Source: an uncultured Acidobacteriota bacterium (GTDB taxonomy: Bacteria; Acidobacteriota; Blastocatellia; RBC074). From it: DNA of 64,000 nt. Of the stretch, positions 19,747 through 29,587 are shown piece after piece. The DNA is taken from positions 480,001-544,000 of the forward strand of contig CAWCKY010000001.1 of NCBI GenBank assembly GCA_963796275.1. Reading direction: 5' to 3'. How positions within the stretch are numbered: the stretch's first letter is position 1; every line of letters begins with the position of its first letter. The position numbers and the translations under genes are program-made. Under the pieces are notes generated by a model that was not told where the DNA came from, ran no database searches, and was given only the letters and a program-made list of their open reading frames with translations.

Positions 19747-20161
19747 CTAAGAACCGGAGAAGGCAATTATGGGGTAAAACCACCAACATTCACACGATGA
19801 CAGAGAATCCGAGGAAACGCCCGCGGTTGCCGCCCCGTTCTCCCAAATATTCTTTGCGGCGTATCCCTTATCAATCTGTTTCACATCGCTGAACTGAAAT
19901 GTGTAGGAGGTCTTCCGGTCGACCTCGGCGACGTCAAAATCGCGAACGCAAATGCGTTGCACAAAACCGTGATATTTTTTCCCATTTTTTAGGACAACTG
20001 TGATATTTTCCCTGACACCTAATTTGTTGATTTTCGTTTTACCTTCCCGAGTTGCGGATCCGAAGTCTTCTGGACTTGGATACTATCGGCTCCCAGATAG
20101 TCCGGAAGCAGGGCGGTTAATTCGAAAGCATAACTAATGGGTTCATACGCTTTTTATACAT
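19747..20161 (-). pseudogene. Degraded small secreted protein gene
   Basis: RBS aggagg + ATG 20161 (MYKKRMNPLVML); after at least 2 frameshifts reads ...QLGKVKTKINKLGVRENITVVLKNGKKYHGFVQRI...FQFSDVKQI. Confidence 0.55.
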
Positions 20162-20410
20162 CTCACAATTCCTCCTGATAGAAAGCTCAGATCGGTCTTT
20201 ATCGAAGTTGAAGGCAAAAAGGATGTCGGCAGCACACCGTAACTCGGCGTAAGTAAAGAGAGGATTTACTAGAATTATAGCGATGAATGCGGATCGAAAA
20301 ACCAGTTTACTGTCAGGATTTTCCGGCATTGAACGATCACTACAAAAATAACCGCAGATCCCTTAGCTAAGTCCTTTATTTGCTTTTCAACTTACCACTG
20401 GCTGGCTATA

Positions 20411-23050
20411 ATGGGCGTTTTAGTGGAACCGTCCCTAAAAACTATTTTGATCAAAACGAGGTATCACCACAATATGACTCTGTCCGTCCTTGGCATCTAT
20501 GTTGTTGTGTCTCTTTTCACTATCTGTCTCAAGAGAAAATTATCAGAAACGGTTTTTCGAGTTCGTCGAGCGGCGATCACGACTGCGGCAAGTTTGTTAC
20601 TTTTAGCCCTGGGTTCTTCAGCCGCGCTAGCGCAAACGCAAGCTGAAGGAGCTCCGCACACGCCGGGAGGCGAAGCCAATCTGAAACTGCCTGATCTATC
20701 GCAGGTCGAGTTTTTGGGTGGCACCAATGGGCACTCGCTGCTGCTGATTGGTTTTATCGTCTCGTTCCTGGGCGTAATCTTCGGGTTCGTCATTTTCACG
20801 CAGTTGCGTAAACTGCCCGTGCACCAGTCGATGCGCGAAATCTCGGAGTTGATCTACGAGACCTGCAAAACTTATCTGATTACTCAGGGTAAATTCCTGA
20901 TACTTCTCGAAATATTCATCGCAGTAATCATAATGCTCTATTTCGGCTTCCTGCTGGCCTTCCCAATCTACAAAGTGGGAATAATTCTGGTCTTCAGTAT
21001 GGTCGGGATTCTCGGCAGTTATGGAGTGGCGTGGTTCGGCATCCGCGTCAACACTTATGCCAATTCACGGACGGCATTCGCCAGTCTGGAGGGCCGGCCC
21101 TATCCGCTCTACTCGATACCACTGCGAGCCGGGATGAGCATCGGGATGATGCTCATCAGCATCGAGCTGATGATAATGCTCTTTATCCTGCTGGTCGTGC
21201 CGGGCGATTATGCCGGCCCCTGCTTCATCGGATTTGCCATCGGCGAATCGCTCGGTGCCGCGGCGCTGCGCATCGCGGGGGGCATCTTCACGAAGATCGC
21301 GGATATCGGCTCGGACCTCATGAAGATCGTCTTCGGGATAAAAGAAGACGATGCGCGCAACCCGGGGGTGATTGCGGACTGCACGGGCGACAACGCGGGC
21401 GATTCGGTCGGACCGAGCGCCGATGGCTTCGAGACCTACGGTGTGACGGGCGTTGCTCTCATATCGTTTATCCTGCTCGCCGTCCAGGATACGACCGTGC
21501 AAGTGCAGTTGCTCGTTTGGATCTTCGCGATGCGCATTTTGATGGTCGTCGCATCGGCCGGGTCGTATCTGTTAAACGAGGCATTCACCAAGGCGAAATA
21601 TGGTCGAGCGAGGGATATGAATTTTGAGCGACCGTTAACGAACCTGGTCATCATTACATCGGCCATCTCTATCATTTTGACCTTCGTCGCATCGAATCTG
21701 ATGATACCCAGCCTCGGCGGCAACACCGATCTCTGGTGGCAGCTCTCGATCATCATTTCGTGCGGCACCGCCGCCGGCGCGATCATCCCCGAAATGGTCA
21801 AAGTCTTCACCTCGGTCGAATCGCGCCACGTCAGCGAAGTCGTCACCTCATCGAGAGAAGGCGGCTCATCGCTCAACATCCTGTCGGGCTTTGTTGCCGG
21901 TAACTTTTCTTCATTCTGGCTGGGCATGGGTATCGTCGGTCTGATGTCGATCGCATTTGCGTTCAGCACGCAGGGGCTGCAACTTTTGATGCCCGCCCCC
22001 GCGGTCTTCGCTTTCGGGTTGGTGGCATTCGGTTTTTTGGGAATGGGGCCGGTGACGATCGCCGTCGACTCTTACGGTCCGGTCACCGACAACGCGCAAT
22101 CGGTGTATGAGCTCTCACTGATCGAGAACATCCCCAATGTAAGGGCCGAGCTTCAAAACGAACACGGATTTACGGTGGACTTCGAGCGCGCCAAGCATTT
22201 GTTGGAAGAGAACGACGGCGCGGGGAACACTTTCAAAGCCACCGCGAAACCAGTTCTGATCGGCACCGCTGTTGTAGGCGCGACGACGATGATCTTTTCG
22301 ATCATCATGGCTCTGACTCAGGGTCTGACGCTCTACCTGGACAAACTCTCGCTGCTGCATGCGCCGTTTGTCCTCGGACTTATCACCGGTGGAGCGATCA
22401 TTTACTGGTTCACGGGCGCATCGACGCAGGCCGTTACGACGGGTGCATACCGCGCGGTGGAATTCATTAAAGCGAACATCAGGCTGGAAGGTGTCGAGAA
22501 GGCGTCGGTCGAAGACAGCAAGAAGGTGGTCGAAATCTGCACACAATATGCGCAGAAGGGAATGTTCAACATCTTCCTGACGATCTTCTTCATAACGCTG
22601 GCTTTCGCCTTCGTCGATCCGTTCTTTTTCATCGGCTACCTGATTTCTATTGCGATCTTCGGGTTATATCAGGCGATCTTCATGGCGAACGCGGGAGGCG
22701 CCTGGGACAACGCGAAGAAAGTCGTCGAAGTCGATCTCAAGGCGAAAGGGACGGCGCTGCATGCAGCGACGGTCGTCGGCGATACGGTCGGCGATCCCTT
22801 CAAGGACACCTCGTCGGTAGCGCTGAACCCTGTCATCAAGTTCACTACCCTCTTCGGATTGCTGGCGGTAGAACTGGCCGTCAGTCTGAAGAACCAGCAG
22901 GGTTCGGAGTTCGGCCATATTATGGCTGCGATCTTCTTGCTGATCGCGCTCTTCTTCGTCCATCGTTCGTTCTATGGAATGCGGATCGGCATGGAGAAGC
23001 ACACAGGCGGCGAAATCAAAGAGGTGGTCGATCCGGTATCGCGGCGGTAA
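20411..23050 (+). CDS. hppA: Membrane-bound ion-translocating pyrophosphatase (start uncertain)
   Basis: GGIFTKIADIGSDL, EDDARNPGVIADCTGDNAGD, YGPVTDNA, GGAWDNAKK, GDTVGDPFKDTS. Confidence 0.95.
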   Translation: MGVLVEPSLKTILIKTRYHHNMTLSVLGIYVVVSLFTICLKRKLSETVFRVRRAAITTAASLLLLALGSSAALAQTQAEGAPHTPGGEANLKLPDLSQVEFLGGTNGHSLLLIGFIVSFLGVIFGFVIFTQLRKLPVHQSMREISELIYETCKTYLITQGKFLILLEIFIAVIIMLYFGFLLAFPIYKVGIILVFSMVGILGSYGVAWFGIRVNTYANSRTAFASLEGRPYPLYSIPLRAGMSIGMMLISIELMIMLFILLVVPGDYAGPCFIGFAIGESLGAAALRIAGGIFTKIADIGSDLMKIVFGIKEDDARNPGVIADCTGDNAGDSVGPSADGFETYGVTGVALISFILLAVQDTTVQVQLLVWIFAMRILMVVASAGSYLLNEAFTKAKYGRARDMNFERPLTNLVIITSAISIILTFVASNLMIPSLGGNTDLWWQLSIIISCGTAAGAIIPEMVKVFTSVESRHVSEVVTSSREGGSSLNILSGFVAGNFSSFWLGMGIVGLMSIAFAFSTQGLQLLMPAPAVFAFGLVAFGFLGMGPVTIAVDSYGPVTDNAQSVYELSLIENIPNVRAELQNEHGFTVDFERAKHLLEENDGAGNTFKATAKPVLIGTAVVGATTMIFSIIMALTQGLTLYLDKLSLLHAPFVLGLITGGAIIYWFTGASTQAVTTGAYRAVEFIKANIRLEGVEKASVEDSKKVVEICTQYAQKGMFNIFLTIFFITLAFAFVDPFFFIGYLISIAIFGLYQAIFMANAGGAWDNAKKVVEVDLKAKGTALHAATVVGDTVGDPFKDTSSVALNPVIKFTTLFGLLAVELAVSLKNQQGSEFGHIMAAIFLLIALFFVHRSFYGMRIGMEKHTGGEIKEVVDPVSRR

Positions 23051-23120
23051 GCGATTGATTTCAGGTCATTAAAAAAGAGATCTGACAAGAACGATCTCAT
23101 TGAAGCGCTGACTGAGCGCC

Positions 23121-23157
23121 AAATAGCCAGGGGCGGAGCGAAAGCCCCTGGCTATTT
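23121..23157. terminator. Bidirectional intrinsic terminator
   Basis: aaatagccaggggc-loop-gcccctggctattt between convergent genes. Confidence 0.8.
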
Positions 23158-23180
23158 CTATTTAGACTGCGAACGATAGA

Positions 23181-23825
23181 TCACTTTACTGGCAGCACAT
23201 AGAAAACCACCGCGCAGTAATGGCAGATGCTTCCAACTATAACGAAGACGTGCCAGATGGCGTGACTGAAAGGCAGCCTCTCCCATGCATAAAAAACCAG
23301 CCCGGTCATATACGCAACGCCGCCGCTCGCAATTAAAATCAGGCAGCCGAGCGGGATTGAGCTGATAATCGGCTTCGCCGCGATTACTGCCAACCAACCG
23401 ATAATCAGATAGAGCGCCATCGAGACAGCCTTGTATCGATTGACGAAAGCGATCTTGAAGGCGATGCCGAAGAGCGATAGGCTCCAGACAAGGGCCAGGA
23501 GAGTCCAACCCCAAAATCCGCGCAGGTTAATCAACGTAAATGGCGTGTAGGTTCCGGCAATCACCAGATAGATTGCCGTGTGATCGAAGAGTTTGAAAAT
23601 ATGCTTGATGCGCGGATTTTGCACCCCGTGATAGAGCGTGGAAGCCGCATAGACCATAACCAGTGTCGCGCCGTATATGCTGCAGCCGATGAAGTGCAAT
23701 TTGTCGCCTTTGTTCCAGGCGAGAAAAATCAACACCCCCAAACCCGCCAAACTCAGTACAAGCCCAATCCCGTGAGTGAAACTGTTGGCAATTTCCTCAA
23801 TGAGCAACTTCCTTTCATTTTGCAT
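23181..23825 (-). CDS. Hemolysin III / PAQR family membrane protein (TrhA/YqfA-like)
   Basis: EEIANSFTHG, STLYH, DHTAIYLVIAGTYTP, HAIWHVFV. Confidence 0.93.
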   Translation of the reverse strand: MQNERKLLIEEIANSFTHGIGLVLSLAGLGVLIFLAWNKGDKLHFIGCSIYGATLVMVYAASTLYHGVQNPRIKHIFKLFDHTAIYLVIAGTYTPFTLINLRGFWGWTLLALVWSLSLFGIAFKIAFVNRYKAVSMALYLIIGWLAVIAAKPIISSIPLGCLILIASGGVAYMTGLVFYAWERLPFSHAIWHVFVIVGSICHYCAVVFYVLPVK

Positions 23826-24115
23826 TGGTTCTACTACCTCAATGGTGTGTTACGGACGGGGGTTTGGATGAAATTATAACGGTTTTAACGAGATCACCAA
23901 CAAATTTCTTTTAAATTCGCTTTAATTATCGAATTAACTGCCTGGTAATTGGTTCTAAGGATGGCTTGTTTTATAAAGATCACCGCTTTAGACTCGCCAA
24001 GTCTGCCGGAGTGTATTGAACCAGCTGGTAGATTTCGATATCCTCGAGTCACAAACAATAATTTCGATCTGCATAAGTATAAGAGGACATTAAGTCCAAG
24101 AAGGAGACTTCAAGT

Positions 24116-24952
24116 ATGGTAAATAGTATTGTGCGGGTGGCAGGCAACCTGCTCGTTTCGTTGGTCTTAACCGTAGTGATGGTGTCGGCGAGTTTCTCGC
24201 AAGCTTCGCAATCCTCGCCATCATCCCCATCGTCGTCATCGACGTCATCGGCCCAACCCCCCAAGACTTCGGAATCGCATCCTGTTGAAGGATCGTATAG
24301 TGTCACCGCGGTCAGCGCCGAGCTCGGGACAATAAACTTCCTGATGGCGCTCAAGCGCAATGGCGAGAAGTGGACTGGCGAGATCAAGGATTCACCCACT
24401 CCTCTGACTCTTTCCACAGTCACGGTGGACGATAGCAACAAGGTCGCAATCGTCGCTGATGCTGGTGGGACAGCGGTGAACATCAATGGAAAGCTGGCTG
24501 GCGGCAAGATCACGGGTGAATGGGCCGCGGGCGATATAAAAGGGACATGGACGGCGGAGAAGAAGGCGGATTTGAAGCCGGGTGAAAGTGCTGTGGCATC
24601 GGCTTCCGGCACGGGCAGCTATACGTCCAGCAGTAGCGCTCCGGCAGCCGCGGGGCTTGAAGGAACATACGATGCGAAAGTCATTGCCGATGGCCAGGGA
24701 GAACTGACATTCACGCTCCTGATCAAACGCGATGGAGAGCAACTCGTGACTGAAGTCGAGGGCGCAGGTGATCTTAGTATTACCGGAATCTCCGTGAAAG
24801 ACCCGGATGAAGTAAAACTGACCGCAATGTATCAGGGACAAGGTCCGATCCCATTGAACGGCAAGCGCACTGGCGACGAACTGGGAGGTAAATGGGCAGC
24901 GGGTCCCTTCTCGGGCACGTGGTCGGCAAAGAAGAAAAGTAGCCAGAAGTGA
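24116..24952 (+). CDS. Secreted protein with two repeated beta-barrel-like domains
   Basis: Signal peptide, Ser-rich linkers, duplicated EG(S/T)Y...KR.GE...NGK..G....G.WAAG...GTW.A.KK. Confidence 0.8.
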   Translation: MVNSIVRVAGNLLVSLVLTVVMVSASFSQASQSSPSSPSSSSTSSAQPPKTSESHPVEGSYSVTAVSAELGTINFLMALKRNGEKWTGEIKDSPTPLTLSTVTVDDSNKVAIVADAGGTAVNINGKLAGGKITGEWAAGDIKGTWTAEKKADLKPGESAVASASGTGSYTSSSSAPAAAGLEGTYDAKVIADGQGELTFTLLIKRDGEQLVTEVEGAGDLSITGISVKDPDEVKLTAMYQGQGPIPLNGKRTGDELGGKWAAGPFSGTWSAKKKSSQK

Positions 24953-24984
24953 TTCGCCTGGTCAGCAGGCGAGATTTTAGGAAA

Positions 24985-25047
24985 ACAAAAAGGCAAAGTA
25001 GCAAACAGGGACAAAATATTTTTCGTCCCTTTTGCTATTTTTTTTTG
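24985..25047. repeat. Imperfect inverted repeat related to 5497-5551
   Basis: acaaaaaggcaaagtagcaaacaggga ... tcccttttgctatttttttttg between convergent genes. Confidence 0.5.
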
Positions 25048-25060
25048 CTCTTCTGATCTC

Positions 25061-25855
25061 TCACCAACCGGTAGAGAATAGCCGCAACGCCGCATTCGGA
25101 TCACACTTCTGATATTTATTGTAAGCAGCCGCAGCGCGTTTCCTGACGCTCTCTCCGTTCTCCTTCAGTATCCATCCATCGACCGCCGCTTTGAGGACAT
25201 AAGCCTCGGGCGCCATCAGCCCTGTCGTCCACAAAAGGGGATTGGCGCCAGTTTCACGGAGTGGTTTGGCAAAATAGTTTTTGCTGGCGCAGTCGAGAAT
25301 CACGGCATCACGATTTTTCATATCTGATCTTTTGGGATAGGCATCGAGCGAGAAATCCATGAGTCCATCGTGCCCGACATATGCGATCAAATCCGCGCCG
25401 CCCCCGATCTGCAACGCAAGCTTACGCGCGCCCGCCTGGACTGAAAGCGACTCTGAGTTTCGCCCCGCGGTGAAGGCTAAAAAATCTACCGTACACTTTT
25501 TGATCTCCCGCCCGCGATATGCATCAGCGACCAGGTAGAGATCTTTGCTCTGGTGTTTGAAGACCAGCCGTTCGAGGAGTTCAGGTTTCGGCCTCGGAAT
25601 CTCCGCAATCAGATTCCACTCATCAGATTTTTTGAAGAAGGTTTTGACGCCGTAGGCGGCCCCCCAATAGAGGTTGTTGGCGGGATCGTCGCCATTGCCG
25701 ATCCGCGGGGGAACAGGAACGATGCCTTGATATTTGTTATCGCACAATGCCACGAGAACGTGAATCATTCCGGAAGAAAAACGGTCGGCCGTATGAGAAA
25801 GAGAGAGAGGATTAACCACAAACATCACATAAATGACGAAGTACAAAAACCGCAT
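25061..25855 (-). CDS. Conserved-looking secreted hypothetical protein, possible caspase/gingipain-like fold
   Basis: N-terminal hydrophobic segment; AYVGHDG and VILDCAS motifs; start uncertain (25855 or 25900). Confidence 0.7.
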   Translation of the reverse strand: MRFLYFVIYVMFVVNPLSLSHTADRFSSGMIHVLVALCDNKYQGIVPVPPRIGNGDDPANNLYWGAAYGVKTFFKKSDEWNLIAEIPRPKPELLERLVFKHQSKDLYLVADAYRGREIKKCTVDFLAFTAGRNSESLSVQAGARKLALQIGGGADLIAYVGHDGLMDFSLDAYPKRSDMKNRDAVILDCASKNYFAKPLRETGANPLLWTTGLMAPEAYVLKAAVDGWILKENGESVRKRAAAAYNKYQKCDPNAALRLFSTGW

Positions 25856-25905
25856 AAGAAGACGTATATTTTTTGTGCCTTTTGTTATTTTTGCGGTCAT
25901 TGTGA

Positions 25906-26562
25906 TTAATTTCCGGTTCTCAGATTGAGGTCCCTTTCTACTTCCGTTTTAAATTTTATCGGAAGCTGTTCCGGCGTAATAATAAGCGCTATCACCGATT
26001 CATATAGCGCTTTGTAAAACCATGTACGAAACTTAACCGCTTCGAGGATGGAAATTATCGCTGCCGTAAAGCATACGAGGCTGAATATCGCATACCTCCA
26101 AAGATATCCATTGCTGATAAATTCAATTGCGAAAATTACGGTGAAGAATAGCGCCCCCATGCTCGCCCCTCTGAGCATAATGCTCATGACATTGAAGCGC
26201 TCGACATCGTAAGCCATTTCCAGGTTGTGTCGCTTGATGTAGGAGAGCGGTATACTCCAGGGCATCTCCTTTGATTGTACTTCAATGCCGGAATATCTTT
26301 TATTCCACTCCATCATTGTCTTTTCGTGAAGCCGGGTTTTCGGATTGAAAAATCTATACCAATATTTGTTGGCGATTGGATCGATAATGAAGCCGGCAAT
26401 GTACGAGAAGATCGCGAAAAGCGGGAGTTCGATGGTGGATATGCTGGTAAATGTGAAGGCGTAGATTTGATAACGTCGAAGAATATAGAACAGAGCGCCC
26501 AGGAAAATTCCACCGGGAATCGTGCGAGCGAAAAAGTCATATAACCCTATTTTAATACCCAT
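25906..26562 (-). CDS. Hypothetical membrane protein (~4 TM)
   Basis: 218 aa ORF, YDFFARTIPG start, hydrophobic segments, AT-richer than neighbours. Confidence 0.7.
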   Translation of the reverse strand: MGIKIGLYDFFARTIPGGIFLGALFYILRRYQIYAFTFTSISTIELPLFAIFSYIAGFIIDPIANKYWYRFFNPKTRLHEKTMMEWNKRYSGIEVQSKEMPWSIPLSYIKRHNLEMAYDVERFNVMSIMLRGASMGALFFTVIFAIEFISNGYLWRYAIFSLVCFTAAIISILEAVKFRTWFYKALYESVIALIITPEQLPIKFKTEVERDLNLRTGN

Positions 26563-26820
26563 CTTCTTGCTCTCTTCGATTTTGAAGTCCTCGGCGGATA
26601 GCGAGGAGTTTCATATGATGTGTTTACTCACGAGGTGGCGAGTAAATCACAAAAGAGCGGGCCTTGCCAATGACTGAGGGAAAAAGCTGAGGATAGATAA
26701 TAGATAACGGATGGCGGAACATTTGGAGTGTGTGGGTGTTCGCGATAAGGAACGCAACACTAAAGGCTCCGCCATCCTCATACGTGCTTATTCACCTGAA
26801 ACCGCAGTGCCGATCGGATG

Positions 26821-27042
26821 TCATCGCACAGAGCTTCGATGAAGACTGACGATCTGCCAACCGCCTCGCCGTTTAAGGCAAAGGATCGTATAGCGGTATT
26901 GCTTCTTTTTTTCTTTGCCTTCTTCCTGGTAGAAGGATTTGCCGGCGAATGTGGCGACCATCGAATTGCCTTCACCATTGAGACTCAGATCGTCTATTTC
27001 GCTCCGATCGATCTTGAGATTGTTATAGCTGACCTCGGCGAT
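26821..27042 (-). pseudogene. Orphan C-terminal half of an NTF2/DUF4440 domain (third unit of the array)
   Basis: IAEV...EIDDLSLNGEGNSMVATF...KRRGGWQIVSLH, homologous to the C-termini at 27179 and 29588; no 5' portion. Confidence 0.8.
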
Positions 27043-27178
27043 GGGGGGAGATTTTGTGCAAAGACGCAAAGAGATTGATTTTTGTGCTTTGCGTCTTTGC
27101 GGTTGTGCCTATGCATCAGATAAATGTTCCACTGAAAAACGCTCTGGGGATTCTCCAATTTTGCCGCACTGTAGCCCC

Positions 27179-28925
27179 CTAGCGCATGAGGCTTACATGA
27201 GAAGCAATCCATAGCCAGCTGCCTTGCCGTTTGACGAGGTTGTCGGTATAGCGTAATCGCACTATCTTCTCTTGGCCGTCCTCCTCGTAGTAGGCTGTCC
27301 CAATAAAGGTGGCAACCATCGAATTGCCTTCTCCCTTGAGACGAAGATCGTCTATTTCAAATTTTGTGATCTTCATCCTTGGATGTTTAATTTCGGCGAT
27401 CACCTCCCCTTTGGATTGGACCTCACCGGATACACCGATCCCCTGGTAATCATCGGCCATCGTACGTTCAATGAACGCTATATCGCGTCTGAAATAAGCG
27501 TCAACGCTCTCATTAATCAGCGCCTTCACTTTATTGGTATCACTCTGGTCTCCCTGTAGCATCTCAGCAGCAGCGGCAGCGACATTCAAATACTGCGGCG
27601 TGGGCTTGGGATTGGGATTGGGTGTGGGCTCGGGATTGGGTATGGGCTTGGGATTGGGCGTCGATGGCGCGAGCGGATCCTGGTCGTTCCTGTCTTTCCC
27701 GGAATCATGCCCGAGCATGTTCGGCAGTGAGACCGTTTGCGCTTTTACGGCAGGCGAGGCAGTTCGATATCTCCTTTTTTTGAATAGAGGCCGACAGATT
27801 GGCGCTCTTCACTATTGCGGCTGTCTCGTTGAGCCCCCGTTGCAACTGTTGCGCAGTGGCCGGGCGATCAGGAACCAGCAATCCCGCCAGCGTGAGTATC
27901 AACACCGCCGGCAAAATCAAATAACGCCATCCTCGTGCGAGCACCCGCACTCGATTCGTATTCAGAACCATCTCGATTCTCCTTTCCAGAGCTTGTTTTG
28001 AAGTGAAGAAAGCCGGTTGGCGCAAACTGTCCGATGCCAGATCATCCAGCTTGCCTTTGACGCTCCGCTCGGCAGCTTTCACCAGGCTTTCCGCATACGT
28101 GGCCGCGTCGGCTCCGTTATTGATCACGCGGTCATCACAGGCCATCTCTCTCTCCAGACAAAACTGCCGGCAGGCGTAGCGCACCAACGGGTGAAAAAAG
28201 AAGGTGACCTTCAGGATCAGGGGTAGCAAATTTGTCAAATGATCGAACCTTGCCACATGCGCCAGTTCGTGCGCGATCATCCCCTCGCGCTCTTCCACCG
28301 ATGTCCATTCCGCCAGGTCCTCCGGCAACAGAATCACCGGATGCCGGATTCCGATCAGCACCGGTGAACGCACATCGGCTGAGAGGCTGAGTGAAACAGA
28401 CTGAGGAATCTCCAATGTAACCCCCAACTCCTCCGGCGTTGTTGTAGAGGCATGCCTGCTCGCTCTGAGCAACCGCCGGAGGCCGCGCACACTGCTAAGC
28501 AAAACAATCAAAGCTCCCGCAAACCATAAGCAAAATGCTCCTGGCAATATGTTAGACGCCCAGTCTATTTTCGGTGCCGCGCTTACCTCCGCCTTGTAGC
28601 CCGCCACAGGGAACCTCATCTCAGCAGCCGGAACGATCACCATGCGCGGCAACTCGGCAGCATAGCTCAATACCGTGCCCTTCCACCGCTGCTCTTGCGG
28701 TAGCGTCGATTTCGGCAACAAGGACGGCCACAATGGCAGAGTGAGGATCGCCAGCATCCCGATCAACCAGATCTGCTGGCGTAACGACGGCGTCTTCACA
28801 CGAAATAACTTCAACCCCGCCCACACGCACACCAACAGCACCAGCGCCTGCCAACTCCACACCAACAAATACAAAGCCGCCTGATCTGCGAACCTCACCA
28901 GAGACTCAATTATTGGATTCATCAT
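27179..28925 (-). CDS. BlaR1-type M56 peptidase + Pro-rich linker + NTF2/DUF4440 domain (copy 2), frameshift in A7 run at 27775-27781
   Basis: IAHELAH, REMACDD, LERRI; removing one base from the A7 run joins the two ORFs; PNPKP-repeat linker. Confidence 0.88.
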
Positions 28926-29329
28926 TTGCCTCCTTTGGCTGTTTGACTCTGCTTGGATGCTGCTCGCGCCGCGATCTTCGTACGCACTTCCCGCAGATCT
29001 TGTTCCGTCAGATCGCCCGTCTCCACCAAATGCAAGACTAGCGATGCGGCCGATCCGTCGAAGACCTGCTTGATCAGGTGCCCCAACACCCGACTGCGCG
29101 ATTTGTCCGGCTGCTGGCACGCCCGATAGACATGGGCCTTGCCCTGCACCCTATGCACCAGATGGCCCTTGCGCTCCAGCACCCGGATGATCGTCAGCAC
29201 ACTGTTGTAATGTCGATCCCCCGGCAGCCGCTCCTGTAATTCCCGGGCAGTCGCCTCGCCCATCTCCCAGATCACTCGCATGATCTCCAGCTCTTTGTCG
29301 GTAAAGGTTTCCGTCGGTGTCTGCGGCAT
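28922..29329 (-). CDS. BlaI/MecI/CopY family repressor (copy 2)
   Basis: ELEIMRVIW, YNSVLTIIRVLERKG, FDGSAASLVLHLV; ATGA overlap with the M56 gene. Confidence 0.93.
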   Translation of the reverse strand: MPQTPTETFTDKELEIMRVIWEMGEATARELQERLPGDRHYNSVLTIIRVLERKGHLVHRVQGKAHVYRACQQPDKSRSRVLGHLIKQVFDGSAASLVLHLVETGDLTEQDLREVRTKIAARAASKQSQTAKGGK

Positions 29330-29345
29330 CTTTACTCCTCAATCT

Positions 29346-29416
29346 ATCAACGTATCCGTCCATTGAAATAAACCATATAGACTCTCTCATATAGTCGTCA
29401 AAGCACTCTAAGTTGA
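29346..29416 (-). promoter_or_regulatory. Promoter and putative BlaI-type operators of unit 2
   Basis: tCAAC-gtatccgtcc-ATTGa and tCAA-agcactctaag-TTGa around TTGACG (-35, 29396-29401 on minus). Confidence 0.6.
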
Positions 29417-29587
29417 TCAGTTAAGCAATGAGCTCGGGTCGATTGGCACGTTTGACGAGATGAGATTGAGCGCAAAGACGCATATGTTGCTCTTTAATTT
29501 TCGTTTTTGCACTCTGTGCTGTTGCATCAGATATATGGTTCCTATGAAAAAAGTTCTAGGAATTCCCACAAATTCCCGTGTCGAGGA

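Noticed and set aside
27773-27782. A AAA AAG as a dnaX-type programmed -1 frameshift
   Set aside because: The -1 frame stops after about 9 codons; the NTF2 domain needs the +1 frame
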